A program made the position numbers and the translations under genes. The notes beneath the pieces are model-generated. The model was not told the origin of the DNA. It did no database searches and saw only the letters and a program-made list of their open reading frames with translations. This document shows positions 11,572 to 29,735 of a DNA stretch of 64,000 bases, one piece after another. Origin of the DNA: Balanoglossus misakiensis (Eukaryota; Animalia; Hemichordata). How positions within the stretch are numbered: the stretch's first letter is position 1; each line of letters begins with the position of its first letter. Location: assembly GCA_040954595.2 (NCBI GenBank), contig CM082587.2:4792093-4856092 (forward strand), given 5' to 3'.

Positions 11572-12799
11572 CCGCTTAGCCAATTCTGCACAGTGCTTGT
11601 CGAATCAATAGAGCAGATTTGCCATCTTTTTAGTCCTTGCAGGCGTGCTTTGTACATGGACAGGTGGGGGTTGGGTTTAATATTACATTGGTATCCATCA
11701 ATCACTGTTTGTATGTCCTGAGGTATCATTCAGACATGCTGGGACCAGTTTCATTCAGTCTCTGTACAAGGTATTTCTTCTCTTCTAACATGAAAATAAC
11801 CAAATACTAGGCAAACAGATGGCAACTCTGCTTACCCCTATACGGTAAATGGAATAAGCTGTATTCAAACGTTTGGATCCCACCAATTGTTTCTTAGGGG
11901 GAGGAAGCCATGTGGAAGAGAGGGACTTGCATTGTCAAATCACATTTAACACAGATTTGAAGCAGCATTAAATTTCGCTTCATGGGTTGGTCCTTAAAGA
12001 CTCCCCCTAACCCTAACCCTGTCAAATTACTATGGCGGAGAAACAACCATTTGGAATGGAGAGGAAATTATGAATATTTCCAATCATATAGTGTGAAAAA
12101 AACACAACAGAATATTTCACTCTTATTTATTTCATTATTTCAATATACAGTACATGTATGTATCCTACTTGTATTCTTTGTCTCTCAAATGTCCTTATTC
12201 AGTGGGTGAAATAATGATGAATCTAGATTTGCACAGTTGGTGTTGACTCTACAGGTCAGTGCCAAAAATTATGTCCACAAATGGCGGAATTTTTTTTTTA
12301 AATTAGGGAAATTTTTTACGTGATGTTCCAGCTTGCTTGAGGTCATAGACGTCAGCACATGACTGATTAACCACACGAGGGCACATTATATGAGCCACTA
12401 CATACAAAACATCCAAGTATTATTTGTCGCTTGCATACATATTATACAAGAGCTATTTCTCGAATATTGCACTTATATTATTGTTCAGTGACCATACTGT
12501 GTTTACCAGATTTGCAGTGCCACTGGGTGTGTGGTGAATGTTTGAAGTTTTTGTACCCAAAGGTAAACATTTCTTTCAGTTGCCTTTCTTGACACATATC
12601 CAAAGCTGACCGTGCACTGTTTCTTGTCCCTGAAGATTTACATATAAAAATTATATTTTGGGATAAAGATGTACTCAGAAAATAAGTATACTGAATAAAT
12701 CTTAAGATTTGGGTTTTAAACATGCAAAGCTTGATTGATAGTTGCTTTGTCTGATATTACCGTTCCTTTTAAATCATTAAAAGTAGCATTTTGTGTGAA

Positions 12800-12820
12800 G
12801 AGAGAGAGAGAGAGAGAGAG
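12800..12820 (+). repeat. (GA)n microsatellite
   Basis: Directly visible. Confidence 0.85.
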
Positions 12821-13549
12821 TAGTGGTGTTGCTATGGTGACCGTTGCTTAGCATGAAGTCTAGCGCCAGTAGCGTTTGGAAGGGGGCAGGGAACCTGACG
12901 AGCATGTCGAACACCAATCAGAAATGTGTTCTCGGTCACGTGATTGGCGAAATTAAGACGCGTGCTTGCCGACATTTTTTGACGGCTGTTGTGCTGAGAG
13001 AGGTGTGTAACTCAGCCCTGCGACACTTTGCCTTCTTAGTACTAATTATTGCAATGCCAGCACCAGGCCTGCATTGGCATGTGGTCTTTATCCTAGCGGG
13101 TCGAAAATGCCTGAGACTACGTCTTTGATGTCAGACCGTGACGGCGTGTTTGTGATTGTCTTGTAAAAGAGGCCATAGGGATAGGCGTGTATGCGCTCTG
13201 GGCACCGTACTCCTCACGGGATCTGATCACTCAGGTCAGCGCTAAACCTCTGTCCCAGACCTCTGAGATAGTAAATTTGAAGGCGGGTTCGAGTGGGCAT
13301 GCACGATTTCTACTGTCATTGCTTACAAAGGGAAAGTTGGGGGCGCTTTTTCGAGTGTGTTTCTCCTGCTGATGGAGTGACCAGCATTTACATTTAAGGT
13401 CACGCCTCTTGTGTACTGATCGTTTGAAGGAAAGGCTTATTGACCCAGCCCGAGTCTTTTGGACTCGTTACAGAGAGAGATACAGGTTTTGATATGCCAT
13501 ACATGCTTTAATTGTAACCTAAAATACGAGTATCTCATGACCTCAATGA

Positions 13550-19199
<5,650 letters not shown>

Positions 19200-20611
19200 G
19201 TTGATGTCAGAGATGTACACACACAACTGACTCCTAACTTTACTCTTGTCTGTATTTAACCATCAACAGTTGATGATTACCAATTTCCCGAGGTAGCTGT
19301 TATTTCCTCTTGGACCAAACTTTTGTAGAATAATACCGGTGTGAAAATTGTCATTAATTTCCTCAAACATTATGGATGAAATTCAATCATTTAACTGTTT
19401 ATTTGTTTTAAACAATTTAATAAGAGATGGCCATTTCAACAATCAAGGCTAAAGGTGTGAGAGGGAAACATATATGAATTATCTCTAGGGTTGATGTCCT
19501 CTGTTGCAACTCTGTGAGATGTCTGTTCAACACAGTAGATTAAGTTATCAGCAAATTATATGCAGCATGGTACTTCCTAATCGCAATAGAGTGTATTTCA
19601 GAAATTAATGATCAGCAAGGTTATACCGGTATTAAATATAAAATTAGCGGAATTGGAACAAACTTTTGAGAATAAGTTATACCGGTATATGATACAATAT
19701 TCGAGTTTAATTGCAGTTAATGGTGTCATTTGATAAGGTGCAAACAGGTATTTAATAAATGTTTTCATGGTAATTTGATCTGTAATATACCGTTAGAATG
19801 AGCAGTAACTGATGGACATAATGCCTTCTTTGGTCATAAAAAGCAGATATCTTATTACCAATCTCGCTTGGCAGACCTCACACCCAACATCCGCGCCTGG
19901 ATGTACAGTCGAACAAAGTGCGCCATGAGAGGTGAAGCTGTGACAATCCGACAACCCCAGGTTTGCCGTTATGACTTCGCCGCTTGTGGGCGCTTTTGGG
20001 CAACTGGTTGTCAGTGCGCAGATTTGTGGGAAAAAAAGAAGAAAGAATCAGAAATGCAGCCAGCTGGACTGGGGGAGCCTTCATTTATTCACTCTGAGCA
20101 AATGCACATTACATTATCATGCGATATTGATGAAAAAATGACCAACAACATGGGGTCTAGAACATATTCACATCTAAGCTAGCAGTCAGACTGCCTGCAT
20201 ACATCACATCTATAAAACTGTAAATTCTTATCAGAAATTGATAAACTAAAACATCTAGGTATATTAGAATATAAAATAGATTAGAAAAAATGAGATAAAT
20301 ATGCAAAACAATGGACATAGAGATTCAGCCTGGACAACCCTGTCATTAACAAATGTACTTGATCTTCCTCCAATGACTTAATCATATAACATTTGTGTAC
20401 CAGATGATCACAGGAATAAATGTGGCTACACTCAAAATATACAGTAAGTTGTCTGATTTTGGTTTGTTACAATTAAATCACACAATTAAATTGGTAAACA
20501 TGGCCTTCTGTATAAATATGGAAATGTGTTGTATAGATTAATGCCATAGGCCTATATGGCAGTCAGTGATCAGTAATATTTAAAAACACGGCCCTCAGTC
20601 TTTTACTGGAT

Positions 20612-22877
20612 TTATTTTGTGTCCACAACTGGCTGCTCCGTTGGGTATGTGGCTTGACCTTGTGGGTTGTACACCTGGGCCTGTGGATTAGTATATCCCT
20701 GGGCTTGGGGGTTGTATCCCTGGCCCTGGGGGTTGTACATGTATCCCTGAGCCTGGGGATAATATGGTTGTGGGTTGTATGGTTGTGCCTGGGCGACTGG
20801 ATAACCTGGAAAATACAACAAGTGATTCAAACCGTGAACTCAGGACGTTTGACTGGATTCATCTGAAACAAGGCTTGGACTCTTAGAAAAGCTCTTCGAT
20901 AACATTTGAGATGTCACAACACAAAATAATGCATTTTCATATTTTCCACATGGTATCTAAGCCATCATACATCCATGATAAGCAAGTATAGCTTGCAGTT
21001 CCATATTTCTTTTGTTATATTTCTTTAGTTAGTTATTCACTCACTATATTAAGGTATTTACTCAAATTCTCTTTATTAATTTATTGGTTAATTACTTAAT
21101 GAATTAATCATAATCGGACACTGACCTGAGACAATTCCCTGTTGTCCTCCAGGAGCGACTGTGGCTTGCATTGCCATCCCTGGCTGCCCGGCAACTTGGT
21201 AGTAAATCTGGTGATGAGAGAGGAGAGAGATGTTGAGAGAGAGAGAAAATGTATCAATGTGAGGGATAGCCACAAGTGTTTAAGAGACATAAGCACTTTG
21301 ACCTGATAAGGTTTCGCTTACCGGCATTCCTGACTGCTGTTGTCCACCACCACAACACACAGCTCTGCAGCAAATCACAGAGTGGATGATAGCGAGGACG
21401 CATTCAGCAAGTGCCAAAATACTGATCAATGAATCAACAGCTACCATTCCATCCTGTCATTGAGACAATAAGATGAGGCTTATGAGAAACAGAGAGAACA
21501 AAACCACCACACACACAAGTATGTACACTTTTGCAAAAATTTCAATGAATGATTGTTTTCCTAAAATAACAGGTTAGTGTCTCCAGGGAGAACACTGCAG
21601 GTAATCGACTTAAAATCCTGTGTTTTAAATCTTCAAATGAGCAACACAATCTGGTATCACAGACATGTTTGCATGCATGTTTGTGCTGGGCTGAGTAGAC
21701 AACAGAGGTTGTCAAAAGTTAAGAACCTGGAAAACTGGTGTCACATAGTATATAGTGGTTGATGATCATAAAGATTCTTACTGTGTCATAGTTGTAGTAG
21801 TTGTTGTACCAGCTATCATGTGACAAAATTGCCGACACTACTCCCACCGGGAACAGACATCCACCAGCAATAGAAGCTGCGATGATCGAACACACAAGAG
21901 TGGCGACAATCTGGGAAGAAGTATGAACAATATTGAAAGCACTGAGGTGCATTTTTGCTTACTTTTCTCCAGTTTTACGTATATTTTTGCCTATCAAAAC
22001 TTAAAATTTGTCATCAAATGTTTTGTGGACTGTTTTTTTTTACCATAAATATTTAAACCAAGTGCATTAAAAACTTCTTTTACCATTGGTGCATATTTCA
22101 TGAGAGGACATATTTTTGATGAGGCATAATAAAGTAACAAAATAAATTTACACAACAACAAACGTGGTTTCATTTCAATTTGTTTACCACAAAACACTGA
22201 AATTATAATAACAAATGCAGATGATTTGTATATACATACCATGCCTTTTCCTTTATTTATTCCAGCTACCATGCCCAATGCACCAGTTATGATGAACTGA
22301 AAGTTGAAGACATGTCACTTGAGTGAGATTTATTTGGTGTAACATTTGGTAACTCAATGTATTATAATTATCCAGCTAAACTTGTTAATTTTCTCTGTTT
22401 GGATGGAGTTTCCATGTGATCCTGCCCTTTAATACTTATTGACTGTTTATACATGGTACATTGTGATAGTGTCTGAAAAATTCACTGTGTAGCTTTGCTC
22501 ATCTGTTCATGTCAATAACACAATATCCTTGTGTGACAGTGTATTTCAATAGACTGGTGCAAATTTTAAAATAATCTGACTGATAAAAAGAGTATAGAAA
22601 ATAACAATGGCTTAGTTGCACTTACAAATATTCCGCACCATATTGGACTGCCAACAAAGGAGAGTCCCGTTCCCATACCTATGCTTACACCGCCGAATAT
22701 GATCAACAGGATGCCAATAGTAAGCTGGCATATTCCGAGGCCAAGGCAGCACTTGTTTGCAAAGTTTGCAACCACAGACTGGTTTGCAGGTACTTGTATG
22801 TAAACAGTCTGCTGAGCCTGAGGAGCGGCTGCCACGTTGGGAGGCAGTGGCTGTTGGCCGGCCACCTGTGTGCTCAT
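20612..22877 (-). CDS. MS4A/CD20-like four-transmembrane protein with a Q/Y/P/G-rich tail, 6 coding exons, ~281 aa
   Basis: Exons 22877-22626, 22296-22240, 21910-21782, 21453-21322, 21207-21126 and 20805-20612. Family-like motifs: LGICQLTIG, GSPIWCGIFFIITGALG, and ILALAECVLAIIHSVICCRAVCC. Confidence 0.85.
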
Positions 22878-24319
22878 TTTGTCGATCGAGTTCTCACACT
22901 TGACAAGTACTGCCTCTGAAATAGTTCGTCGGATATTAAGACCTGTGTGTTGGGGTAAACACAAAATGGTAATGGTAAAAAACAAAGAATGAAGTGGTTA
23001 AGTTTGCTTGCATGAATGAACCAAATCAGCACGACAGGCAAGTGTCAACTTATGCGATTGACTATACAATTACTGTAGCCAGAGTCTCTGGTTTGGCACA
23101 TTACATGCGTATAAGACGATTGTCCTTTAACTTTAAGGTCATGTGGGCGTGGCCAAGTTTAGCGTTAAACCTGGTATATTTGACGATTGATTGTTACGAT
23201 CTGGTGTCAAACAACTCACTGGCATTGAATTCTATCATACTGTCGTAAATATATGCAGTACTCTGACAGAAACCACAGGCACTGTATCTGGGATGGCTGT
23301 TGACAACGCACTGGTCGCGCGATGACGACATTCCATGCATGATTGGTTTGTGATCGTAAACAACTTTCCCCGCACGACTGTGCACGGGTGGAAAACGACC
23401 TTGTTGGGAATCCTTCTAAACTGAACGATATGCGTGGTCAATCAGAGAAAGATTATATGTTCGATAATTCGACCGAACATGTTACAGTGAAAGCGATCGT
23501 CGTCTTGTGCGGCAGTATAGTACCACTGTCACTCATGATCATGTTAATTACTTCACCCGAAATGAACCAGGCCACCTTTTATAGAACATCGCATCGAGAG
23601 TAATATAGTCTTTCTTCCGCTACTGTAGCATCCTCAAGAAAAGATCGTTGCTTTCATGGCTCTGAAGTGACTGTTGTACTCACCTCAACTTTAAGGAGAC
23701 AGATTTTATACGCTTTTTCCCGTCGTAAAACGGGTTTGATCACTCCTGATTCTGTTCGTAGTATTTTGGACTACCTAAGTTACTAGTATATTGGTTTCAC
23801 TCTTGACTAAAGCCACTTAGCTAGTACTTAGTAATAAGGAGACGATGGCGCAGCACCCAGTTAGGCCTCAGTACTGATTTTTAATAAACACCAAGGTTTC
23901 CATCACATAATTTGTATTTGCGTATTTGTGATTATTATATCATGATTGAAGATGCCAGACTTTTAGCAAATCTCTTAATGCCTGTTAGGCAAAATGTACG
24001 TCTCAGGAATGCGGTTCAGCTCAACAACAATATTGAAAGTCGGAAGGGACTGAAAAGTGCTTGGCCAAACTTTGATATAATTATAAAACGCTTCGATTTG
24101 TATTATATGCCAAGGCCTTCATGTGGTTTTATTGTTGTTGGTGGTGCTATCAAGTTACACCAAGTTATGGTTTGTGATTCATAATTGTGGTTGTTAGAAT
24201 CATGAATTGTTGCAAAAATGAAAAAAAATTGAGTTAGGCCTAGGCCCTACAGAAACCTTATTTTTGTGGTCAATCGAATACTAGTATGATGTAAGCTCTG
24301 GCGTGGGTGTGTACAAGCT

Positions 24320-24402
24320 GTCAATCAATCAAGCAAGCAAGCAAGCCATCAATCGATCAATCAATCAAGTAATTAAGCAATCAATCATATCAATCAGTCA
24401 AT
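24320..24402 (+). repeat. Degenerate (TCAA)n/(GCAA)n tetranucleotide repeat
   Basis: Directly visible. Confidence 0.75.
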
Positions 24403-24410
24403 GAACTTAA

Positions 24411-24584
24411 AGGTATACGGTCACCTATACAAATTTAGCCACCGTTACCATGGTAAATCGAGATCTAACCAATCACAGAATTTCAGTGGGTGGCACACGC
24501 GAAAATAAAGCGTTCTTTAGAACACTCAAATACGCCATTTCAACTATATATGGCGATATGTAAATTGGAGGTGACCGTATACCT
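24411..24584. mobile_element. 174-bp MITE with 16-bp TIRs and TTAA target-site duplication (Kolobok-like)
   Basis: TTAA|AGGTATACGGTCACCT at 24407-24426 and AGGTGACCGTATACCT|TTAA at 24569-24588 form a perfect inverted repeat. AG..CT termini with TTAA fit Kolobok better than piggyBac, whose termini start CC. Confidence 0.8.
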
Positions 24585-24646
24585 TTAATCTGTAGACTAA
24601 TGTTACACCAACATAATAACTGTAGAGGGCGTTGTTGGGGAGATAA

Positions 24647-24681
24647 TGCGCATGCCCCTATCTCATCCACAACTTCCGGTT
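24647..24681 (+). promoter_or_regulatory. AP3M1 promoter motifs (NRF1-like, ETS)
   Basis: TGCGCATGC and ACTTCCGGT within ~100 bp upstream of the ATG at 24748. Confidence 0.5.
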
Positions 24682-24747
24682 TCGCTGGCACTAGTGGCAG
24701 GAAAAATAGTCGCCGTGTATTTGTGAACTATTTCAACCAGTTTCACG

Positions 24748-27700
24748 ATGATTAATAGTTTATTTATCATAAACGCGTCGGGGTAAGTGGCCATGATAAT
24801 ATATGCAATAGTATAACAGTTACTGAGATGATAATGGTGCAATTTAGATAATATTCTGAAGCCATTTAACAATCCTCTTCCTGATCGATATTTGAATGAA
24901 TGACCTGTCTGTCCAAAGCCAAAGCACAGTGACAGTCCCGTGACTAAAGAATGACCAAGCTCGGATCATGTTCGCCTCCTGGCTTTGGTATCAAGTACAT
25001 TGTGGTATGCGTGAACCACTCGGCGATTATTCAGTAGGAAGTGGTCATCTGCTTCGCTCTTGTCAGTGTGCTTTCACCTATGGGATTGACCATGGATGGA
25101 GTGTGGCTAGACAGATGGTCAGCCATAGTCATACCACATCCATTGTCATACTCAAGACATTTTCTGTTGTATCTTATGTTTACAGTAAGAGTTACTCAAC
25201 ACTTTGGGGGCTTCTGTATTATCTTGAAGTCTGTTTCTTAAATCTGTAATATCCTCCTCTTGTCTACTGTTGTAGGGACATTTTTATGGAAAAGCACTGG
25301 AAGAGTGTCATTAACAAGTCTGTATGTGACTATTTTTTCGAAGCACAGGAAAAGGTAAGCAGGGAGGGCCATAGGTTTGCTGAGGTCATCATCAAAGACT
25401 ACATATCAGTGACTGTCATGGCAGTGAAAATCATGACAAATGCAAAGTTATAATAATAACTTGGTATTGATATTTGTTCCCATTTCTCGTGAAACAGGCA
25501 TCATCTCCCAATGACGTGCCACCAGTCATCAACACACCACATCACTATCTCATCAGCATATTTAGGAATCAACTGTACTTTGTAGCAGTGGTGACCACAG
25601 AAGGTATTTTAAGCACATATATATTTTCCTCACGTACAAGTAAATAGCTGAAACCCAGAATATAAATCGATGTCATAATGCACAAAGCCATGTCCAGATC
25701 CTTTATAGAAATGTTAACAGCTGAGCTTCATATGATTATGTTATTGTAATGCAACCTCAATTGAACTTTTGCTTCTACAGTTCCACCTCTGTTTGTGATA
25801 GAGTTCCTTCACCGTGTGGTGGATACCTTTGAAGATTATTTCACAGATTGCACAGAGACAACCATCAAAGACAATTTTGTTGTTGTCTACGAGGTTAGTC
25901 ATATATCTGGAAATTTCAGATCTTGTGAACAATTTCTATAAACCCTGAGTTTGTTTACTTGGGTGTCATATACAGGTGAATGCTGATTTCAAAGTGTATC
26001 CCTGATTTCATATATTGTATGCCACACATAACACAGTCCTTTTATTGCTACAGCTTCTGGAAGAGATGTTGGACAATGGATTCCCGTTGGCGACCGAGTC
26101 AAATATCCTGAAGGAGCTGATCAAACCACCCAACCTGATCCGGACAGTTGTCAACACCGTCACAGGTGGAACTAAGTAAGTCCTCCCTTTGTGATACGTG
26201 CAATGTACTCAGTGAAGTGTATTGTGTGACCATCAACGATAATTCCACTGCACACACAACATGCGTACAGCACGGTACTGATCGAGAATCAGATTCCAGT
26301 CAGCTTACACTTGGTCCATCCCAGGGTTGGCACATTGTCAGCATTGTGCTAGCCTAGCCAAGTGTCTTCTAAGTTGGCTAGTACCTAGTTATACACCCAC
26401 GCAGTTCTCCTGATCTCTGATATGGGTTTATTTGAACCGTTTCCATTTCAGTGTCAGCGATCAACTGCCAACTGGCCAGTTGTCCAACGTACCATGGAGG
26501 CGCACTGGAGTGAAGTACACCAACAATGAAGCTTACTTCGATGTGATTGAAGAAGTTGATGCCATAATTGACAAATCGGTAAGATGAGATTGGGTACACA
26601 TGCAAGAATTTCATTTGACATAGATGTACACTATTAGGTACAGTCCGGATATACACAGCGAGGAGTTCACCCTTACAAGATGCCAGCAGTGTACAATGCT
26701 GTGGTTGACTTCATGTACTAGGTTCATGTACTGGTCAGATATCATAAAGATTATGATAGAGGCATCACATGTAATATTTCCTTTGGAATCATTTTTGACA
26801 GGGCTCAACGGTGTTTGCCGAGATCCAGGGATACATTGACTGCTGTATCAAGCTGTCCGGAATGCCTGACTTGACTATGTCGTTCATGAACCACAGGCTC
26901 CTTGATGATGTTAGTTTTCATCCGTGCGTCCGGTACAAGAGATGGGAGGTATGTAAGATGTGTTCGGATGTCTCGGGTGTCAATTGTCTCTCAGGCTACA
27001 TTGTTTTCAGCAGAAATATGATGGACCGTAAAACTGTAGTCATTCTCACTTTGTGTTTTTCTTCCTTTCAGTCTGAGCGTATCATATCCTTCGTGCCACC
27101 AGATGGGAATTTCAGGCTGATTTCGTATCACATCAGTTCACAGAGGTGAGATGATTTTTTTTCCCATTCACATAGTGAAAGCATTGTGGTGGTGCGATAT
27201 TGATATAACCATGCAATGCAGACACACGAGATCATGCATGTTTCCATTATATGTTGCTGTAAGCATACCTTTGTAAAATTTCCCTTTTTCTCCTTTGACA
27301 GTATGGTAGCCATTCCGATCTACATAAGGCCCCAGATCTCTTTCAAGGATGGTGGTGGGCGGTTTGATCTCACAGTCGGGCCGAAGCAGACCATGGGAAA
27401 AGTTGTAAGTACATGGACAGTTACATCTGTGCCTTTAAAGGTGGAGAGTCTCTCACTTTTGACAGTATTTGGGTTTATTTTTTTTTCTCGCTCTTAATGA
27501 CTGCTCTATTTCTCATGCTACTCAGTGAACAAAAATTGGAAATTTTCCGTTTTCTTTTTTGACACATGCACACCATGTTGATTTTTCGCAGGTCGACCAT
27601 GTGACGATAACTGCCGAGTTACCCAAAGTGGTTCTGAACGTGAACTTGACGGCAACGCAGGGGAACCACAGCTTTGATCCCGTCAACAAGACGCTAACAT

Positions 27701-28486
27701 GGGAAGTCGGCAAGATCAATCCGCAGAAGTTGCCGAGCATCAAAGGGAGCGTAAGTTTAGAGAAAGTGACTTTGTGTTTGGTTGTTTGTTTGTTGTCCTT
27801 GACTTTCGTAATATACATTGTATAGTTCCCCTACATCTAATGTGGCAGTGCATTTCATCCTCATTCAACCTGATCATTGCAAGCGTACAGATTCTCTCCT
27901 AAGCAGATATTGTCTTCTTGTCAACAGATGAACCTTCAAAGTGGAGCTCCAATTCCAGAGGCTAACCCCACAATCAGTGTAAGCTATCTTTCAGCATCCC
28001 AGTATTTTTTTAAATATAACTTCCACTATATGGACCAATTGGCGTTTTAATCACATGATACGTGCAGCCAATTGCCATAAATTCTCGTGCTTGAGATTCA
28101 CTTGTGAAGGGTTGCAGAAGAAAAACATTGGCAAGCAAAGACAGCGCTTCAAAATATGTGGTACAGTCCTTTAGAAACAAACACAAGAAATATACATGCT
28201 CCAGAAATGTCTGTGTGGCAGATGTCCATGTTTCTAAACATGCCTCGTATTGTCATTTATGTAGGCCCACTTCAACATTCAGCAGATGGCGATATCAGGA
28301 CTTAAGGTTAACAGGCTAGATATGTATGGTGAGGTAAGTAATGAAAAAGCAATTTTCTGTTAGCCTCCATTCTCTCATCTGGCATTTAAAAAGAACTAAC
28401 TGTTTTCCTTTCGTTTTCAGAAATACAAACCATTCAAAGGAGTGAAGTATGTGACCAAAGCTGGTAAATTCCAAGTGAGAACATGA
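24748..28486 (+). CDS. AP3M1: AP-3 complex subunit mu, ~13 exons
   Basis: Spliced translation MINSLFIINASG-DIFMEKHWKSVINKSVCDYFFEAQEK ... LLEEMLDNGFPLATESNILKELIKPP ... PWRRTGVKYTNNEAYFDVIEEVDAIIDKS ... LDDVSFHPCVRYKRWE ... KYKPFKGVKYVTKAGKFQVRT* matches mu3 adaptin hallmarks. Confidence 0.96.
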
Positions 28487-29554
28487 AGAGACCGATCAAG
28501 CTGTCATTAAGCTAATACTGACTTATCAAATCTAAGTGCTCAGAATAACCCTCCTTCAGCCATTTCACCCCTACCAAGTATTCAATAGAGCCTCCCTTTT
28601 CCATGTCTCTCAATAGGGCTGAACCAACTGAGGGGGGAGCAGTTTGTTTTCTTTAACATTTTTTTGTTTTATCAGTATGCTCTTGTTTTATTTATTATTC
28701 ACTGGGCATTTCCATAGGAGATGTTTCAGATACAGGCCTTTCTTATCAGGCAAGTCAAAGAAGAAAGTGGTAATATTATAGAGATTGTGATATGGCTGTG
28801 ATTGTGACTGGTTTTTACCAGGGAGTTTGTAAATGAAGGGGATAAAATCATGGCAAATGCTGTGTAGGTAACGATTAATCGTTGTATTATGCAAGATGAT
28901 ATATTTCCCCAGCCATTGCAAACATAAAGTAAGTTAATTTGGTTAGTTGTACAAAGCTCCCCTCTGGCAAACCGTTTCAAGTGCAGTGTCTCGAGGCCGT
29001 GCCGTGGTTAGTCGTACATGTGATGCGGTGGTGTGTTGTACCCAGAGAAATCCAGAACCCTATCCTGCTTTGGTGTCGAGTTGTAAATGTCGTTTAATTG
29101 CATGTGCACTTGTCAGTCTTCCCTAGGTAGAGTTTCAGAGATGCTAGGATGTTGATAGGTGTGGGCAGTGTGTTTGCGAAGCTTTGTTGGGAATGCTGAC
29201 AAATAATTTTGGAAGCTCTTCACAAATAATCATTGGGGAACCTGGTTATGGTTAACTAATAGGATACTGCCCTCTGATGGATACCAATATTCCATTGACT
29301 TTGCTTAATTTTGAGTGTGCTTTATTAATATTAATGCAAGTGCCCCTCTGGAAGCCTGCGGATAAGTTACACTTTTAGTTTCAGATTCAGATTGTGATAA
29401 AGCTGTGAGATAGACTTAATAGATATTATATTGTAAGATATTGATTTAAGAAGTGATGTTTCAATAGGTTATAGCTTGTAATAAATGTGTATATTGTATG
29501 ATTATGCAATGAATATTAAGTAAATATCGGAACAAATGGCTTCCTTGTGAATTT

Positions 29555-29637
29555 ATGCGCATGCGTGCCCCAAAATGAAAGTGACTTGTTTCAGCGCCCT
29601 CTCTCGGCGAAACTGTGTCATAGAGAAAATGGCGGCT
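29555..29637 (+). promoter_or_regulatory. KDM8 promoter motifs (NRF1, CTCF-like, YY1)
   Basis: TGCGCATGCG at ~29556, AGCGCCCTCTCTCGGC at ~29593 and AAAATGGCGGC at ~29626. Confidence 0.5.
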
Positions 29638-29735
29638 TACACAAAAATAACGTGGTTGTGTGTTGCTGCCAAATTTAAACCGTGGAGCTTGGCTTCATCG
29701 AGTTCAAAGAGGAGATCGACGATGCAAAACTCGAC

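Noticed and set aside
12005-12020. CCCTAACCCTAACCCT telomere-like sequence
   Set aside because: Only ~2.5 units in a 3' UTR; too short to call an interstitial telomere.
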